The position numbers and the translations under genes were made by a program. From assembly GCA_965216325.1 (NCBI GenBank), contig OZ244160.1, positions 352,001 to 416,000 on the forward strand: DNA of 64,000 nt, read 5' to 3'. The notes below the pieces were generated by a model. It was not told where the DNA came from. It saw nothing but the letters and a program-made list of their open reading frames with translations, and did no database searches. Source of the stretch: Coraliomargarita sp. (GTDB lineage Bacteria > Verrucomicrobiota > Verrucomicrobiia > Opitutales > Coraliomargaritaceae). Shown in pieces: positions 25,994-35,580 of the stretch. Positions within the stretch are counted from its first letter, which is position 1, and the number at the start of each line of letters is the position of its first letter.

Positions 25994-28813
25994 CTATTTC
26001 TTCCACTCAACTTTCTTATCAAACTCAAACCAATCCAGGTTAAACATGCCGCCCCCTTGTCCGGTAAAGACCAGGTAGAGATCCTGCTTGCCGCTCAGGC
26101 CGCTTACCTCGCTGGACATCTCCTCCCAGTTAGCCCATCCTCCAGTAGGTTTCACGCGACAGGAGCCGAGCAGTGTGCCGCTTTTACTACCCAATCTCAA
26201 CTCAATGGTGCCGCCATTGTTATTGCCGCATGATGCGTGAGCCGTAAACTTTTTGATTCCCTCAGGGAACTCCATGCCCTCGAACATAATCCAGTGACCG
26301 TTGTCGATATATCCGATATGGTCACTTTGATCGTTGCTTTCAATAACCATTCCCTTGGATTTCTTACTAAATGTTTCCGCCTCAATTCGGTCGGCAACAG
26401 CTTCCGGGGAGGGGGTGAATCTCTCAAGCATCTCTTTTTGTATCGCAGCAGCGGAGGCATGAGGACTTTTGACTCCCGAATAGATCACCAGGTCGTCGCT
26501 TTTATCAATGCCATTGCTGGAGACTGTTGCGGTAACGACAACCCGACCTGTGCCCTTCAGAGTCACCAATCCTTTACTGTCAATTGACGCTATGGCAGGG
26601 GCGCTACTAGTGTAGGTGAGTTTGGCAGATGAGAGATCGGCCTCATACCATTTTTCCGTCTTGCCGCTTATACTTGTCTGCAGCGTGTCACCGGGCTTGG
26701 CTTCCAGGTATGTATCATGACCTTTGCCCTTAAGGAACACACGGTGCAGTTTGCCATTCTTTGGTGAAAAGGAGAAACTTTTGAGCAGGCCGACTTTACT
26801 GGTATCAATGGATCTCATCCCCATCGCCAAAGCAGGAGAGTTCTCTTTTAGACGGTAATCACGTTCTTTGGCGTTGATAAAATGCGGGTCCGTCATCTTA
26901 CTGTTTTGGTCGGCATTTTTTTTCTTTGTCGCATCCTGCCAGGCGCTTAGTGAACTTCCCCCTTTTGGAAAGTTAAATTTTCCCTGCTTGTTAAAGTAGA
27001 TGTTGTAGTCCATCTCACCAAGGGATCTGATATCTTTAAAGCGGAAGGTAAGGCGGTCTGCTCCGTTACCATGCACACCTCCATCGCCATGGACTTTTTG
27101 TGCATGATCGCTGTAGATGATATTGTTATAGAAGAACAGCTTTCTCGCTGGTTCAATATAATGGGAGAGGTTAGCTGCTCCGTGTTCAGACAAACTTGCA
27201 TCAAATACATTATTATAAATCAGATTATCAACGCCTTTTGACATGAGCTGAGCATTGACTGCTGGTGTCTTCGTGTCATAGACAATATTATTCCTGATTG
27301 TCCAGTAATCAGAACCATCGTCCAGAAAGATACTATGTCCGCGCCATCCGCCCTTGGGGCTTCCCGTGTAAGCGTTTATGATGATGTTGTTGTCAACGAC
27401 ATTACCACGGCCTCCTCCCCAACACTCGATACCCCCGCCATCGGCAGAATCGGCGCCAAGGTCATACATGTAGTTGTAGCGAAATATATTTTTGTTGGAG
27501 TGTATATATTTATCCCAGTCAGAAAACTTCACGTGTCCCAAGCCCACAGTATTGCGTACGCCATAACGGGCTCCTTTCAGCGAGATCCCATAACGTCGTG
27601 ACTGATGAATGAGGTTGTGTTCGATAATATTCTCAGCGCTCTGATAAATCTGCACACCTGTTGCGTGATTCACAGTTGCCATGATATTAGAGATTTCATT
27701 ATTGCTGATGATGTTGCCTTTATTGATCACTTCGGTGTTGTCTTTATGAAGCAGTAGGCCGGCTAGGTAGACTCCGCTGTAACCGAGGTTTGTCATTTTA
27801 CAGCCGGATACCGTGTTGTTCTGTGCCCAACCGTACAGGGAGACTGCGTGGAGGGGGGCATCATGGAGATCGCAGTCAAGAACCTGAATATTCTTGGCGT
27901 TTTCCATCAGGATAAGCGACGTACGCAGCGTTTCCGGGTAGTCGGCATTTTGACGTTCATACCCATCAATTGTTGTTCCACTGTAACAGGGCATGCTGGC
28001 ATTAAAGTCAGTTAAGAGTATTTCCAGTCCCTGGATTTTTATGTTGCTGACTGGCTGCTTGCCACTTTCACCCTTGAACGTAAAGACGCTCTTGGCCGTT
28101 GGCCGGATCACAGCATCCAGTTCTTTTTTGTTTTTGGGATAGTAGTAGAGATATCCGGCATCAGAATTGACCGCCCATTCTCCAGGTTCATTGATAAACT
28201 CAACATCGCCGCTGTAGTGACGTAATCCTCCGCTGAATTTGCTTTTGGGATAATCGCTGACAGGCTGGTTCTTGTCATTCAACTTGATTTTAAGGTATTC
28301 AGACATCCATGCGCCTTGATAGTAGGCCTGAACGTTGCGGATCGACTTCGGCTGCTTCCATTTGTTTTCCTTAGCGATTGAGGCAAGCTTCCCATCGACA
28401 AGTAAAGACCAAAACTCAATGTCTTTACCAATGTTGGCTTTCATGATGCCGTCTTTATACGGCTCCCAGTTTGTTACGGGCACCCCACCAATGATGACAG
28501 GTTTTTCATCCTTGTAGTTCCGGTACGTGATATACTGGCCGTCTGGGCCGCTGTCACGGTGATCAAAACGGATGCTCTCTTTGATGTGGTACACGCCACC
28601 TCGTATGTTCACGACGACGGATTCTTTTGAATCTTTATTGAGCTTCCTCACCGCATCCCGGGCCTGGGTTATGGTGGCAAAGGGGCTCTTTAGGGTTCCC
28701 GAGTTTGTGTCTTTTCCGTCCGGGGCGACGTAGAATGTTTCGGCGGCTGATAATTGACCGGCAAAGGCCAGGGCAGCGATCGTGAAGATGGTTTTTATTT
28801 TGTGGGTGATCAT
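25994..28813 (-). CDS. Right-handed beta-helix protein (GH141-like) with Ig-like (Big_2) domain and CBM6
   Basis: FYVAPDG..., DGGGIECW, IFLDDGS; YTSSAPAIASIDSKGLVT Ig-like segment; same CBM6 tail. Confidence 0.8.
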   Translation of the reverse strand: MITHKIKTIFTIAALAFAGQLSAAETFYVAPDGKDTNSGTLKSPFATITQARDAVRKLNKDSKESVVVNIRGGVYHIKESIRFDHRDSGPDGQYITYRNYKDEKPVIIGGVPVTNWEPYKDGIMKANIGKDIEFWSLLVDGKLASIAKENKWKQPKSIRNVQAYYQGAWMSEYLKIKLNDKNQPVSDYPKSKFSGGLRHYSGDVEFINEPGEWAVNSDAGYLYYYPKNKKELDAVIRPTAKSVFTFKGESGKQPVSNIKIQGLEILLTDFNASMPCYSGTTIDGYERQNADYPETLRTSLILMENAKNIQVLDCDLHDAPLHAVSLYGWAQNNTVSGCKMTNLGYSGVYLAGLLLHKDNTEVINKGNIISNNEISNIMATVNHATGVQIYQSAENIIEHNLIHQSRRYGISLKGARYGVRNTVGLGHVKFSDWDKYIHSNKNIFRYNYMYDLGADSADGGGIECWGGGRGNVVDNNIIINAYTGSPKGGWRGHSIFLDDGSDYWTIRNNIVYDTKTPAVNAQLMSKGVDNLIYNNVFDASLSEHGAANLSHYIEPARKLFFYNNIIYSDHAQKVHGDGGVHGNGADRLTFRFKDIRSLGEMDYNIYFNKQGKFNFPKGGSSLSAWQDATKKKNADQNSKMTDPHFINAKERDYRLKENSPALAMGMRSIDTSKVGLLKSFSFSPKNGKLHRVFLKGKGHDTYLEAKPGDTLQTSISGKTEKWYEADLSSAKLTYTSSAPAIASIDSKGLVTLKGTGRVVVTATVSSNGIDKSDDLVIYSGVKSPHASAAAIQKEMLERFTPSPEAVADRIEAETFSKKSKGMVIESNDQSDHIGYIDNGHWIMFEGMEFPEGIKKFTAHASCGNNNGGTIELRLGSKSGTLLGSCRVKPTGGWANWEEMSSEVSGLSGKQDLYLVFTGQGGGMFNLDWFEFDKKVEWKK

Positions 28814-28814
28814 G

Positions 28815-31097
28815 CTATTCTCCTTTGTTATTTTTAGGGATTATATTTAAAGAATCTGATTTCAGTTGTAGACGTGCTCCCTTGGGAATGGATACTACTT
28901 GCCAACTTTGGTTGGCATTAAGCGTTAGGGCGTCTTTCGCATTGCGGGCCGATTCAACCAAGACCTTTACCTCAGCATCAAAGGGTGTGGGATTGTAAAG
29001 GCTGAGGGTGACTGTTGATCCCTCGTGCTCAAGCGACTCGAGTTCGATGTTGTCGAAAACGGTGACGTGGCCGGTATCAGGCTGAATATAGATTCCCGGA
29101 ATTTCCAAAGTCGTCAGCATAAACGCCGTCTCTGGCCAACTGCTGGATCCAAAGAGCGAGCCACCGACGCCATCAGGACCTTCCCAGTCACTGAGATTTA
29201 CCCGTTCACACATCCAGCCCGGCTGCATGTGTGAGCTTAATGGTCGATCGGCACGGGACAGGTATTGTGGAATTCCATGGGCGATATCTTTTATGAGATC
29301 CAGAGCCACTTCATCGCCAGTTAATCTCCAAAGCCTGAATAGAGAATCTCCAGAGAATGTACAGATCCCCGGTGCACCGTGTTTGTTCTGAATGTTGGCC
29401 CATACCGCGCCGGTACTACGGGCATCATCCTGCCCAAGTGACGAATCGGTCGGAAAGCTATAATCGTAGGACACTACCCAGGTGGCAGCTTGACGAAGCA
29501 TCTCTTGGGCGGCTTGAGCCCATTCAGTCGATCCGGTTTTCTCCAAAAGAGCAACAAACGACTCCACCAAAGCAAATGCGGCTTCAGAATCAGGAGCAGA
29601 TAAAATTTCTCCCGGACCACCTGTGGTGATGCCCTGAACAACAAAGTCCTGATAATATTTTCTCGCAGAAGCTTCGGCTACTTGCAGATACGTGTTGTCA
29701 TTAAAAAACTCAGAAGCAAGTACCAGTGCACCTGGAACAATACCACCGGATGCTGAACCGCCAATGAGCAGTTCTCCGGTCTCAACATCGACCCATTGAC
29801 CAAACTGGCCAGATTGTTCCCATAAACGGACAAATGCATCGGCGAGTTTTTTGAGAGAGTTGCTCCAGGATTCAGGTACTTCCACGCCCTGCTTCTTGAG
29901 CAGATCGAGTTGTTTGATACCAAAATAGAGCCAGTCACCGCTTTTACGCACCATGTGCAGGTTGTGCTTGTAGGGGGTGTCTACACCGTCGCTGTAAAAT
30001 GCTTGGCCGTCGCCCAGGCCCATAAAAAATCCTGAGGGGGCCTGTGTCTTCTCAAAGATCATCTCAAGGTTACGCATCGCTCGGGCACGGGTCTCGGCAC
30101 TCCCCTGTGCCAGCATCGGCAGCGTCATGATGCCGCCGCCTACCCAGCCAATCTGCCAGAGAAAGCAGAGTGGTTTGCTTGCAGTCTCAAAGGTGGTGTG
30201 AAAGTTGGGAGCCAGTTTGTAGTAACCATCCTCTTCCACCCAGTTGTCGCGGTTGTATTTCTCTTCGATGATTTTCCAGCCTGCGCTGTAAGGAAGTTTG
30301 CAGCGGGGTTCAGAAGTATAGAGAGAGCACTTGCGAAGATCACAAAAGCGATCGAATAATCCCTGCAGTTGCGGTGCTTCAAAAGCTGTTACCACAAGTT
30401 TGAGGGTGATTTCGTCACCTGCTGACCAGGCGACACCTCGGTCGTCGCTGGGCGTCGGCTCTTTGCAGTGATTATGGTAAAGCTCTCGCACCGAGGGAGC
30501 AGTCAGCAGAAATCGGCATGAACCTTTTCCGCAACGCTCTACTGTAAGGCCATGGTTGCCGAAGCAGGATCCTTGCTCGGAAAAGAGTAAAAAGCCCTGC
30601 TTCTGTGAAGGGGAGTAAAATCCCATACAGGGAACGGATGTATCGCCGGTGGTCTGCTCTATGCGCCCCGAATCCTTGCTCAACTGAGGCACAGGGGTCG
30701 TGGTCGTCGGCATATCAGGCCGGAATTGTGATCTATCCTTCCACATAGGTGGGTAGGGGGTGTCATAGATATCGAAATCGTTTCCGTTGTAGACCGCACA
30801 GGGCAGCATTGTATAGTTATCATCCTGCCAGCCGGCAAACTCAAAGGCCACGCCAACCCCGGCAGAATCAATACTCCCGGATACTACTTTAAAGTTCACC
30901 TCCAGTTCCAAATATCTAGTATCGCCCACGTGGTTTTCTGAGACCTTCACCGCAGACTGCCATTGGGCACCGCCAAAGGAGACTTGTTGATCAGCTTCAG
31001 CGCTAGCTTCTTCTTTCAGGCAGTTCTGATCGTAGCGTCGCAGAACCGGAGTCATACTGCCCTCGAGTGAACCAAGAGTTTTTTGTAGATAATCCAT
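28815..31097 (-). CDS. Uncharacterised cytoplasmic protein, probable (alpha/alpha)6 glycosidase-like
   Basis: 760-aa ORF coupled (TAATG) to the MFS gene; no signal peptide; helical C-half with GGPGEIL..PDSE and ERVNLSDWE. Confidence 0.6.
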   Translation of the reverse strand: MDYLQKTLGSLEGSMTPVLRRYDQNCLKEEASAEADQQVSFGGAQWQSAVKVSENHVGDTRYLELEVNFKVVSGSIDSAGVGVAFEFAGWQDDNYTMLPCAVYNGNDFDIYDTPYPPMWKDRSQFRPDMPTTTTPVPQLSKDSGRIEQTTGDTSVPCMGFYSPSQKQGFLLFSEQGSCFGNHGLTVERCGKGSCRFLLTAPSVRELYHNHCKEPTPSDDRGVAWSAGDEITLKLVVTAFEAPQLQGLFDRFCDLRKCSLYTSEPRCKLPYSAGWKIIEEKYNRDNWVEEDGYYKLAPNFHTTFETASKPLCFLWQIGWVGGGIMTLPMLAQGSAETRARAMRNLEMIFEKTQAPSGFFMGLGDGQAFYSDGVDTPYKHNLHMVRKSGDWLYFGIKQLDLLKKQGVEVPESWSNSLKKLADAFVRLWEQSGQFGQWVDVETGELLIGGSASGGIVPGALVLASEFFNDNTYLQVAEASARKYYQDFVVQGITTGGPGEILSAPDSEAAFALVESFVALLEKTGSTEWAQAAQEMLRQAATWVVSYDYSFPTDSSLGQDDARSTGAVWANIQNKHGAPGICTFSGDSLFRLWRLTGDEVALDLIKDIAHGIPQYLSRADRPLSSHMQPGWMCERVNLSDWEGPDGVGGSLFGSSSWPETAFMLTTLEIPGIYIQPDTGHVTVFDNIELESLEHEGSTVTLSLYNPTPFDAEVKVLVESARNAKDALTLNANQSWQVVSIPKGARLQLKSDSLNIIPKNNKGE

Positions 31098-32608
31098 TAC
31101 ACTGCTCCTCCGGCATCTGATGGTGCTGTCGACTTGGCGTCGATTTCGTCACGGATTTCCTCACATCGCTTCTTAGTCAAAGGGTAGAACCAAATGGCCG
31201 ACATGGCAATCAGGAAGCCTACCGGTTGAGAGATGACCAGTGCCAGTAACCAGAACTTGATGGTAGCCGGGTCTTGGATATCCAGTTTGCTGTCAAATCC
31301 GGAAGCCACCAGAAGAAAGCCCTGTAGGCCCATGGCCACTCCAAGCGCCAGTTTGTCAGCAGTGCTGAATACGGCACTGAAAAAAGCTTCGCGGCGATGT
31401 CCAGAGTTGAGTTCATCCAGATCGCATACATCGGCAAGCATGGAGTTGTTGATCATTGGCATGGTGTTGGTGAATATACCAATCAGGATGCCGGTAATAA
31501 GGCAGGGCCATTGCATGGATACTTCACCCAGGAAGGGAAGGGTGGTGGTCAGGAAGGCGCCATCGGCGTCGGTAAAAGTAAACCAGAGGCTCAAGTAAGC
31601 CACAGTACTCATGCCTAATAGCGTTAGTAGGCACCGCTTCTTTCCCAGGTAATCCGCAAGCTTGGCGATAAAGGGCATGGCGACAAGGCAGGTGATGTTG
31701 ATCGAGTTGAAAAAGATAGCCATGTACGCTGACCCAACCTTTTGGTCGCCTTTGCTGATGTAATAGAGAAAGATGTACATGAAGAATATTCCGGTCACCG
31801 CCATACAGAACTTGGCTATGAAATTGCTCACCACAATCAGCCAGAAAGGCTTGTTGTGTAGAGTAAACTTTATCGCATCGAGAAAGCGCACTTTCTCTTC
31901 TTTCGGCGTATGGACAGTCTTCCCCTCCTTACAAAACAGGACTGAAGGAAGACCCGATAGAACCAAAAGTAAAGCAACACCAGCACTGACATAAAGGACA
32001 CCTTCTGAACCTTTCAGAGCCTGAGCCTTATCCCCTTCCACCCACATGCAAAGCGGCAGCAGCCAGGGTGTCAAAAAACCTGCTCCTGAATAGATGAGCT
32101 GTCGCCATTTGAACAGGTGGGTACGCTCATCATAGTCTGTTGTCATCTCGTACCCCATGGCGATATGGGGAACGTTAAACATGGTATACCCCATTGCATA
32201 GAGGAGGCTGATCATAACGGCCAGATAGATGAATATGGACCAGATCCATTCGTCACCGTTAGGGCCGGCAGCGACCGGGGGGTGCCAGATCGTCATGGTT
32301 AAAATTGCCGATACAATCAGGCCGGCCAGCATCCAGGGGCGCCTCCGTCCCCAACGAGATCTGGTGTTGTCCGACAGATACCCGATAATGGGATCCGATA
32401 TGGCATCGAATATTCGAGGCAGCGCAACCGCGAGGCCGACCATTGCAGCACTGAAATGTAGACCATTGACGTAAATGACACTTACCAGGCTTACCGTTCC
32501 GTAGATGATGATATGGTCAGTAAATCCCCCCATCCCCCACATAACCCTCTTACTGGTGGATACATTCTCGCGAGATTCTCGTTCTTTGCTTATTTCATCT
32601 TCTATCAT
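31097..32608 (-). CDS. MFS sugar transporter, GPH (MelB-like) family
   Basis: RIFDAISDPIIGYLSDNTRSRWGRRRPW, EMTTDYDERT, LADVCDLDE..SGHRREA; many hydrophobic segments. Confidence 0.93.
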   Translation of the reverse strand: MIEDEISKERESRENVSTSKRVMWGMGGFTDHIIIYGTVSLVSVIYVNGLHFSAAMVGLAVALPRIFDAISDPIIGYLSDNTRSRWGRRRPWMLAGLIVSAILTMTIWHPPVAAGPNGDEWIWSIFIYLAVMISLLYAMGYTMFNVPHIAMGYEMTTDYDERTHLFKWRQLIYSGAGFLTPWLLPLCMWVEGDKAQALKGSEGVLYVSAGVALLLVLSGLPSVLFCKEGKTVHTPKEEKVRFLDAIKFTLHNKPFWLIVVSNFIAKFCMAVTGIFFMYIFLYYISKGDQKVGSAYMAIFFNSINITCLVAMPFIAKLADYLGKKRCLLTLLGMSTVAYLSLWFTFTDADGAFLTTTLPFLGEVSMQWPCLITGILIGIFTNTMPMINNSMLADVCDLDELNSGHRREAFFSAVFSTADKLALGVAMGLQGFLLVASGFDSKLDIQDPATIKFWLLALVISQPVGFLIAMSAIWFYPLTKKRCEEIRDEIDAKSTAPSDAGGAV

Positions 32609-32650
32609 ATATTTAACCTATCGGTATTTAACTTAGTGATTTAATCACAA

Positions 32651-34915
32651 TTAATCCATCCACAGTTCAGCACATACGGCTATTCCATCAAACCCTTCTT
32701 CAATGGTTACCTTCTCTATCAGTTCGGGCTCCATTTCATCGGTACAGGCCACCGGCTGATTGGAAAGAGGGATTTCGGCCCCCCGTTTCACAAACAAGGG
32801 CATCCGGTGTAATGGGCTTTGCAGATCTCGAATCCAGGTTTGACCCGTCATAGGTTTGCCTGTCCAGAAATCGATCCATTCGCCCGCAGGCAGGTACACA
32901 TCCCGGCACCCCAGATCATTCATTACCGGCGCAACCATAAACGCTTCGCCAAACATATACTGATCATCGATATGCCAGCATGTTGGATCATTCTCATCTT
33001 CCATCACCAGTGCGCGCAACAGAGGCATCCCTGCTTGAGAGGCGATCTCTGCCTGTTCCACGATGTAGGGAATCATGGCATAGCGCAGTTTCCACCAACT
33101 CCTAACGGTATCGGCAACATTGGGGTACTCATAGGGTTCCCGCGGAGAGGTCCCATGATAACGGAAATGAGATGAAAAGACGCCAAACTGGGTCCAGCGC
33201 ACATACAGCTCATCCGAAGGCCAACTGTTCATAAAATCGGGCGTGCCATGAAAGCCAGGCACATCGTGCGACCAATAGGTAAAACCAGACAAGCCCAGGT
33301 GCAAGCCACCCTTGAGTGAACCAGCCATCCCCTCCCAGGAGCTTTCCGCGTCACCTCCCCAATGCAAGGGATAGCGCTGGCATCCAGCCCAGCCGGCTCT
33401 GGCCCAAACTAAGGATTGGCCCTCACCATAAACTTCCTGAGTGACTTCAAAAGCATTTTTTTGGTAAAGCAGGGCATAGAGGTTACGCAATTTTTCGGCG
33501 GGAATAGAATGGTAATCAGCTTCCATGATTATATTTTCGCCGAAATCTGTTTTTATCGCTGCAGTGCCCATCTTAAGTAAAGGCTTTAAGAGTTCGTTTC
33601 TATACCACTTACAGGCTTCGGGATTGCTGAAATCTATTTGACCAATGAGTTCCTGCATGGAGAAATCAGAGCCGGATTCTCCAGTATCGTTTAATTGAGG
33701 GACATATCCTTCTTCTTGTGCAAGAGGAGCTCTGTCACTTTTTGAAGAAATATCAGGGGTTTGCCATAGTGTGACACGATAACCTTGATCTTTTAGGTCT
33801 TTGATAAACTGGCTTGGGTTTGGAAAACGCTCTGCACTGAATTTCCATTCACAAACCCAGTCTTTTTCAAACCACCCAGTGTCGATGTGTAGGACATCAC
33901 AGGGGAAGTCCTCTCTACGTAAACGTTGGCCGATCGTGGTGATCTCATCTGCAGAAAAATAGCTCATGCGACTCATCCAGATGCCGTAACTCCACAATGG
34001 CAACTGTGGTGAAAAACCGGTTATACCGCAGTAATTGCGAAGAATATTTTTGAGATTTCCACCACCTATAATAAATAAATCGAGTTCACTATCTTCAATC
34101 AAACCCTGTGCGGAACGGGTTGAGATATCGGCTAAAGATAAGTGGGTTTTAGAACTCGTGTGAACAAATAGGCCATAGGGGCGGTTGGACATGTAAAATG
34201 GGATATTTTTATAAGTCCTGTGGGAGTTAACACCCAAGCCATCGGTGTTTTCTAAGGTGATCGTCTTCCCAGCTAAATCCATTTTGGAAAAGCGTTCGCC
34301 GGTGCCAACAAAACACTCATTATGCCGAGCCTCAAATGAAAAGGTAGTACGTATGATTTTACCATTTTTCTCAACATAAGCAAGAGGCAGTGAATCGCTT
34401 GAGCCATGGGCAAACATATCATAAGATTTAAAGGGGACAGCTACTTTACCGTCAGGGATCCACTCAATTTCCAGTGATTTTTCTCTTGCAGGAAGTAAGT
34501 CGCTCCAATGTTTGGTGGCAATCTGCTTGCAATTTATTTTTGCACGAATGTTTTGGTGGCTATCTATGATTTCGAATCCGGTAGAGGTCTCTACTACTGA
34601 CAGCTTGACTTTACTTGCCATAGTCGCCGGGTTTAGCATGTCGGAGTTGTCACTCATACTTTGAGTAGACGAAAGAGATATTCTTAGGCAGTCGTGGCCA
34701 TAGGCACTCACACATAAGAATTGTATGATCGGCTGAGTTGACTCGTTTCTAGAAAGGCAAGTATTACCAGAAATTGCTTTTACTGTGTATTCATTAAATG
34801 GAACCTCTATAATAACACTGTCGTTTTGCTCATAAACCCTTTGGGGGACATCTCCAACGCGCAGTTTTTCTGTTTTATCTAATTCGAGAAATGATTTCAT
34901 AACATTTATTTGCAT
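32651..34915 (-). CDS. GH31 glycoside hydrolase (alpha-xylosidase YicI-like), cytoplasmic
   Basis: YKNIPFY, HIDTGW, KTDFGE, HWGGD, WSHDVPGF, ELYVRWTQFG. Confidence 0.92.
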   Translation of the reverse strand: MQINVMKSFLELDKTEKLRVGDVPQRVYEQNDSVIIEVPFNEYTVKAISGNTCLSRNESTQPIIQFLCVSAYGHDCLRISLSSTQSMSDNSDMLNPATMASKVKLSVVETSTGFEIIDSHQNIRAKINCKQIATKHWSDLLPAREKSLEIEWIPDGKVAVPFKSYDMFAHGSSDSLPLAYVEKNGKIIRTTFSFEARHNECFVGTGERFSKMDLAGKTITLENTDGLGVNSHRTYKNIPFYMSNRPYGLFVHTSSKTHLSLADISTRSAQGLIEDSELDLFIIGGGNLKNILRNYCGITGFSPQLPLWSYGIWMSRMSYFSADEITTIGQRLRREDFPCDVLHIDTGWFEKDWVCEWKFSAERFPNPSQFIKDLKDQGYRVTLWQTPDISSKSDRAPLAQEEGYVPQLNDTGESGSDFSMQELIGQIDFSNPEACKWYRNELLKPLLKMGTAAIKTDFGENIIMEADYHSIPAEKLRNLYALLYQKNAFEVTQEVYGEGQSLVWARAGWAGCQRYPLHWGGDAESSWEGMAGSLKGGLHLGLSGFTYWSHDVPGFHGTPDFMNSWPSDELYVRWTQFGVFSSHFRYHGTSPREPYEYPNVADTVRSWWKLRYAMIPYIVEQAEIASQAGMPLLRALVMEDENDPTCWHIDDQYMFGEAFMVAPVMNDLGCRDVYLPAGEWIDFWTGKPMTGQTWIRDLQSPLHRMPLFVKRGAEIPLSNQPVACTDEMEPELIEKVTIEEGFDGIAVCAELWMD

Positions 34916-35070
34916 ACTGGGATAAGCCTTCTTTCCCTTTTAGGGTGTACCTCAGAATTATTACTTTTGACTGGGTTAGAATAGGCCAAAATGTGAGTGA
35001 CAACCTTAACGATTCTCCAAAAAAACAGCATTATATGAACATAGAAAAAAGGGCAATTTATTGGCCTCAG

Positions 35071-35537
35071 TGAGCCGGTCTGGTAACGTTGGATAGGCTG
35101 CGACGACTAAATTAAGGTAAGCAACCAATGAAAAAGAGACGTAAATTGGGGGATGTCGCTACGCTTGGGGACACCGCAGATTTCAAAAGCAAAGTGGCGC
35201 TGAAGCGCTGTGCGAGCAACAGCCGATTCACGTACCGAGGAGCTTGCGACGACAAATCCGCAGGGCCCAATCGCGAAGCGCTATCAGATCCATCCGACTC
35301 AAGTGACCGAGTGGAAGAAGGCGTTGCAGGGCAACGCCAGTAGTGTCTTTGAAAGCACGAGCGCTAAGTACGATGAGGCGTTCAAGCAGAAGCTCAAAGA
35401 AGACCGTTTATTAAAGCAGATTGGCCAGCTCACACAACACAATCAACCCATCTCCGCAGTTTGGACTTCCATCCGGAACTCCTCCAGACTACATCTAAAC
35501 AATCGCCGCGACCTGTCCAAGGTTCAGGGCCAGCTCA
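35071..35537 (+). mobile_element. Internally deleted IS3-family element with 3-bp target duplication
   Basis: IRL TGAGCCGGTCTGGTAACGTTGGA, IRR ...TCCAAGGTTCAGGGCCAGCTCA; CAG on both flanks; degenerate OrfA (FKSKVAL, YQIHPTQVTEWKK, KQIGQL). Confidence 0.8.
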
Positions 35538-35580
35538 CAGATCAAAGCTCTGACTTAGAGGAGTAAGCGGGTAATTAGGC

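Larger units (their letters stand above)
6861..28813 (-). repeat. Dispersed 69-bp leader-peptide repeat, 8 copies
   Basis: Copies at 6861-6929, 13473-13541, 15879-15947, 19058-19126, 21030-21098, 23472-23540, 25869-25937, 28745-28813; all 23 codons, consensus MITQKIK..T.AALAFAGQLSA, invariant CCTTTGCCGG. Confidence 0.95.

Noticed and set aside
6930..28813. Integron cassette array or CRISPR array
   Set aside because: Spacers lack the attC RYYYAAC/GTTRRRY ends, no integrase or cas genes are present, and the repeats are kilobases apart and partly coding
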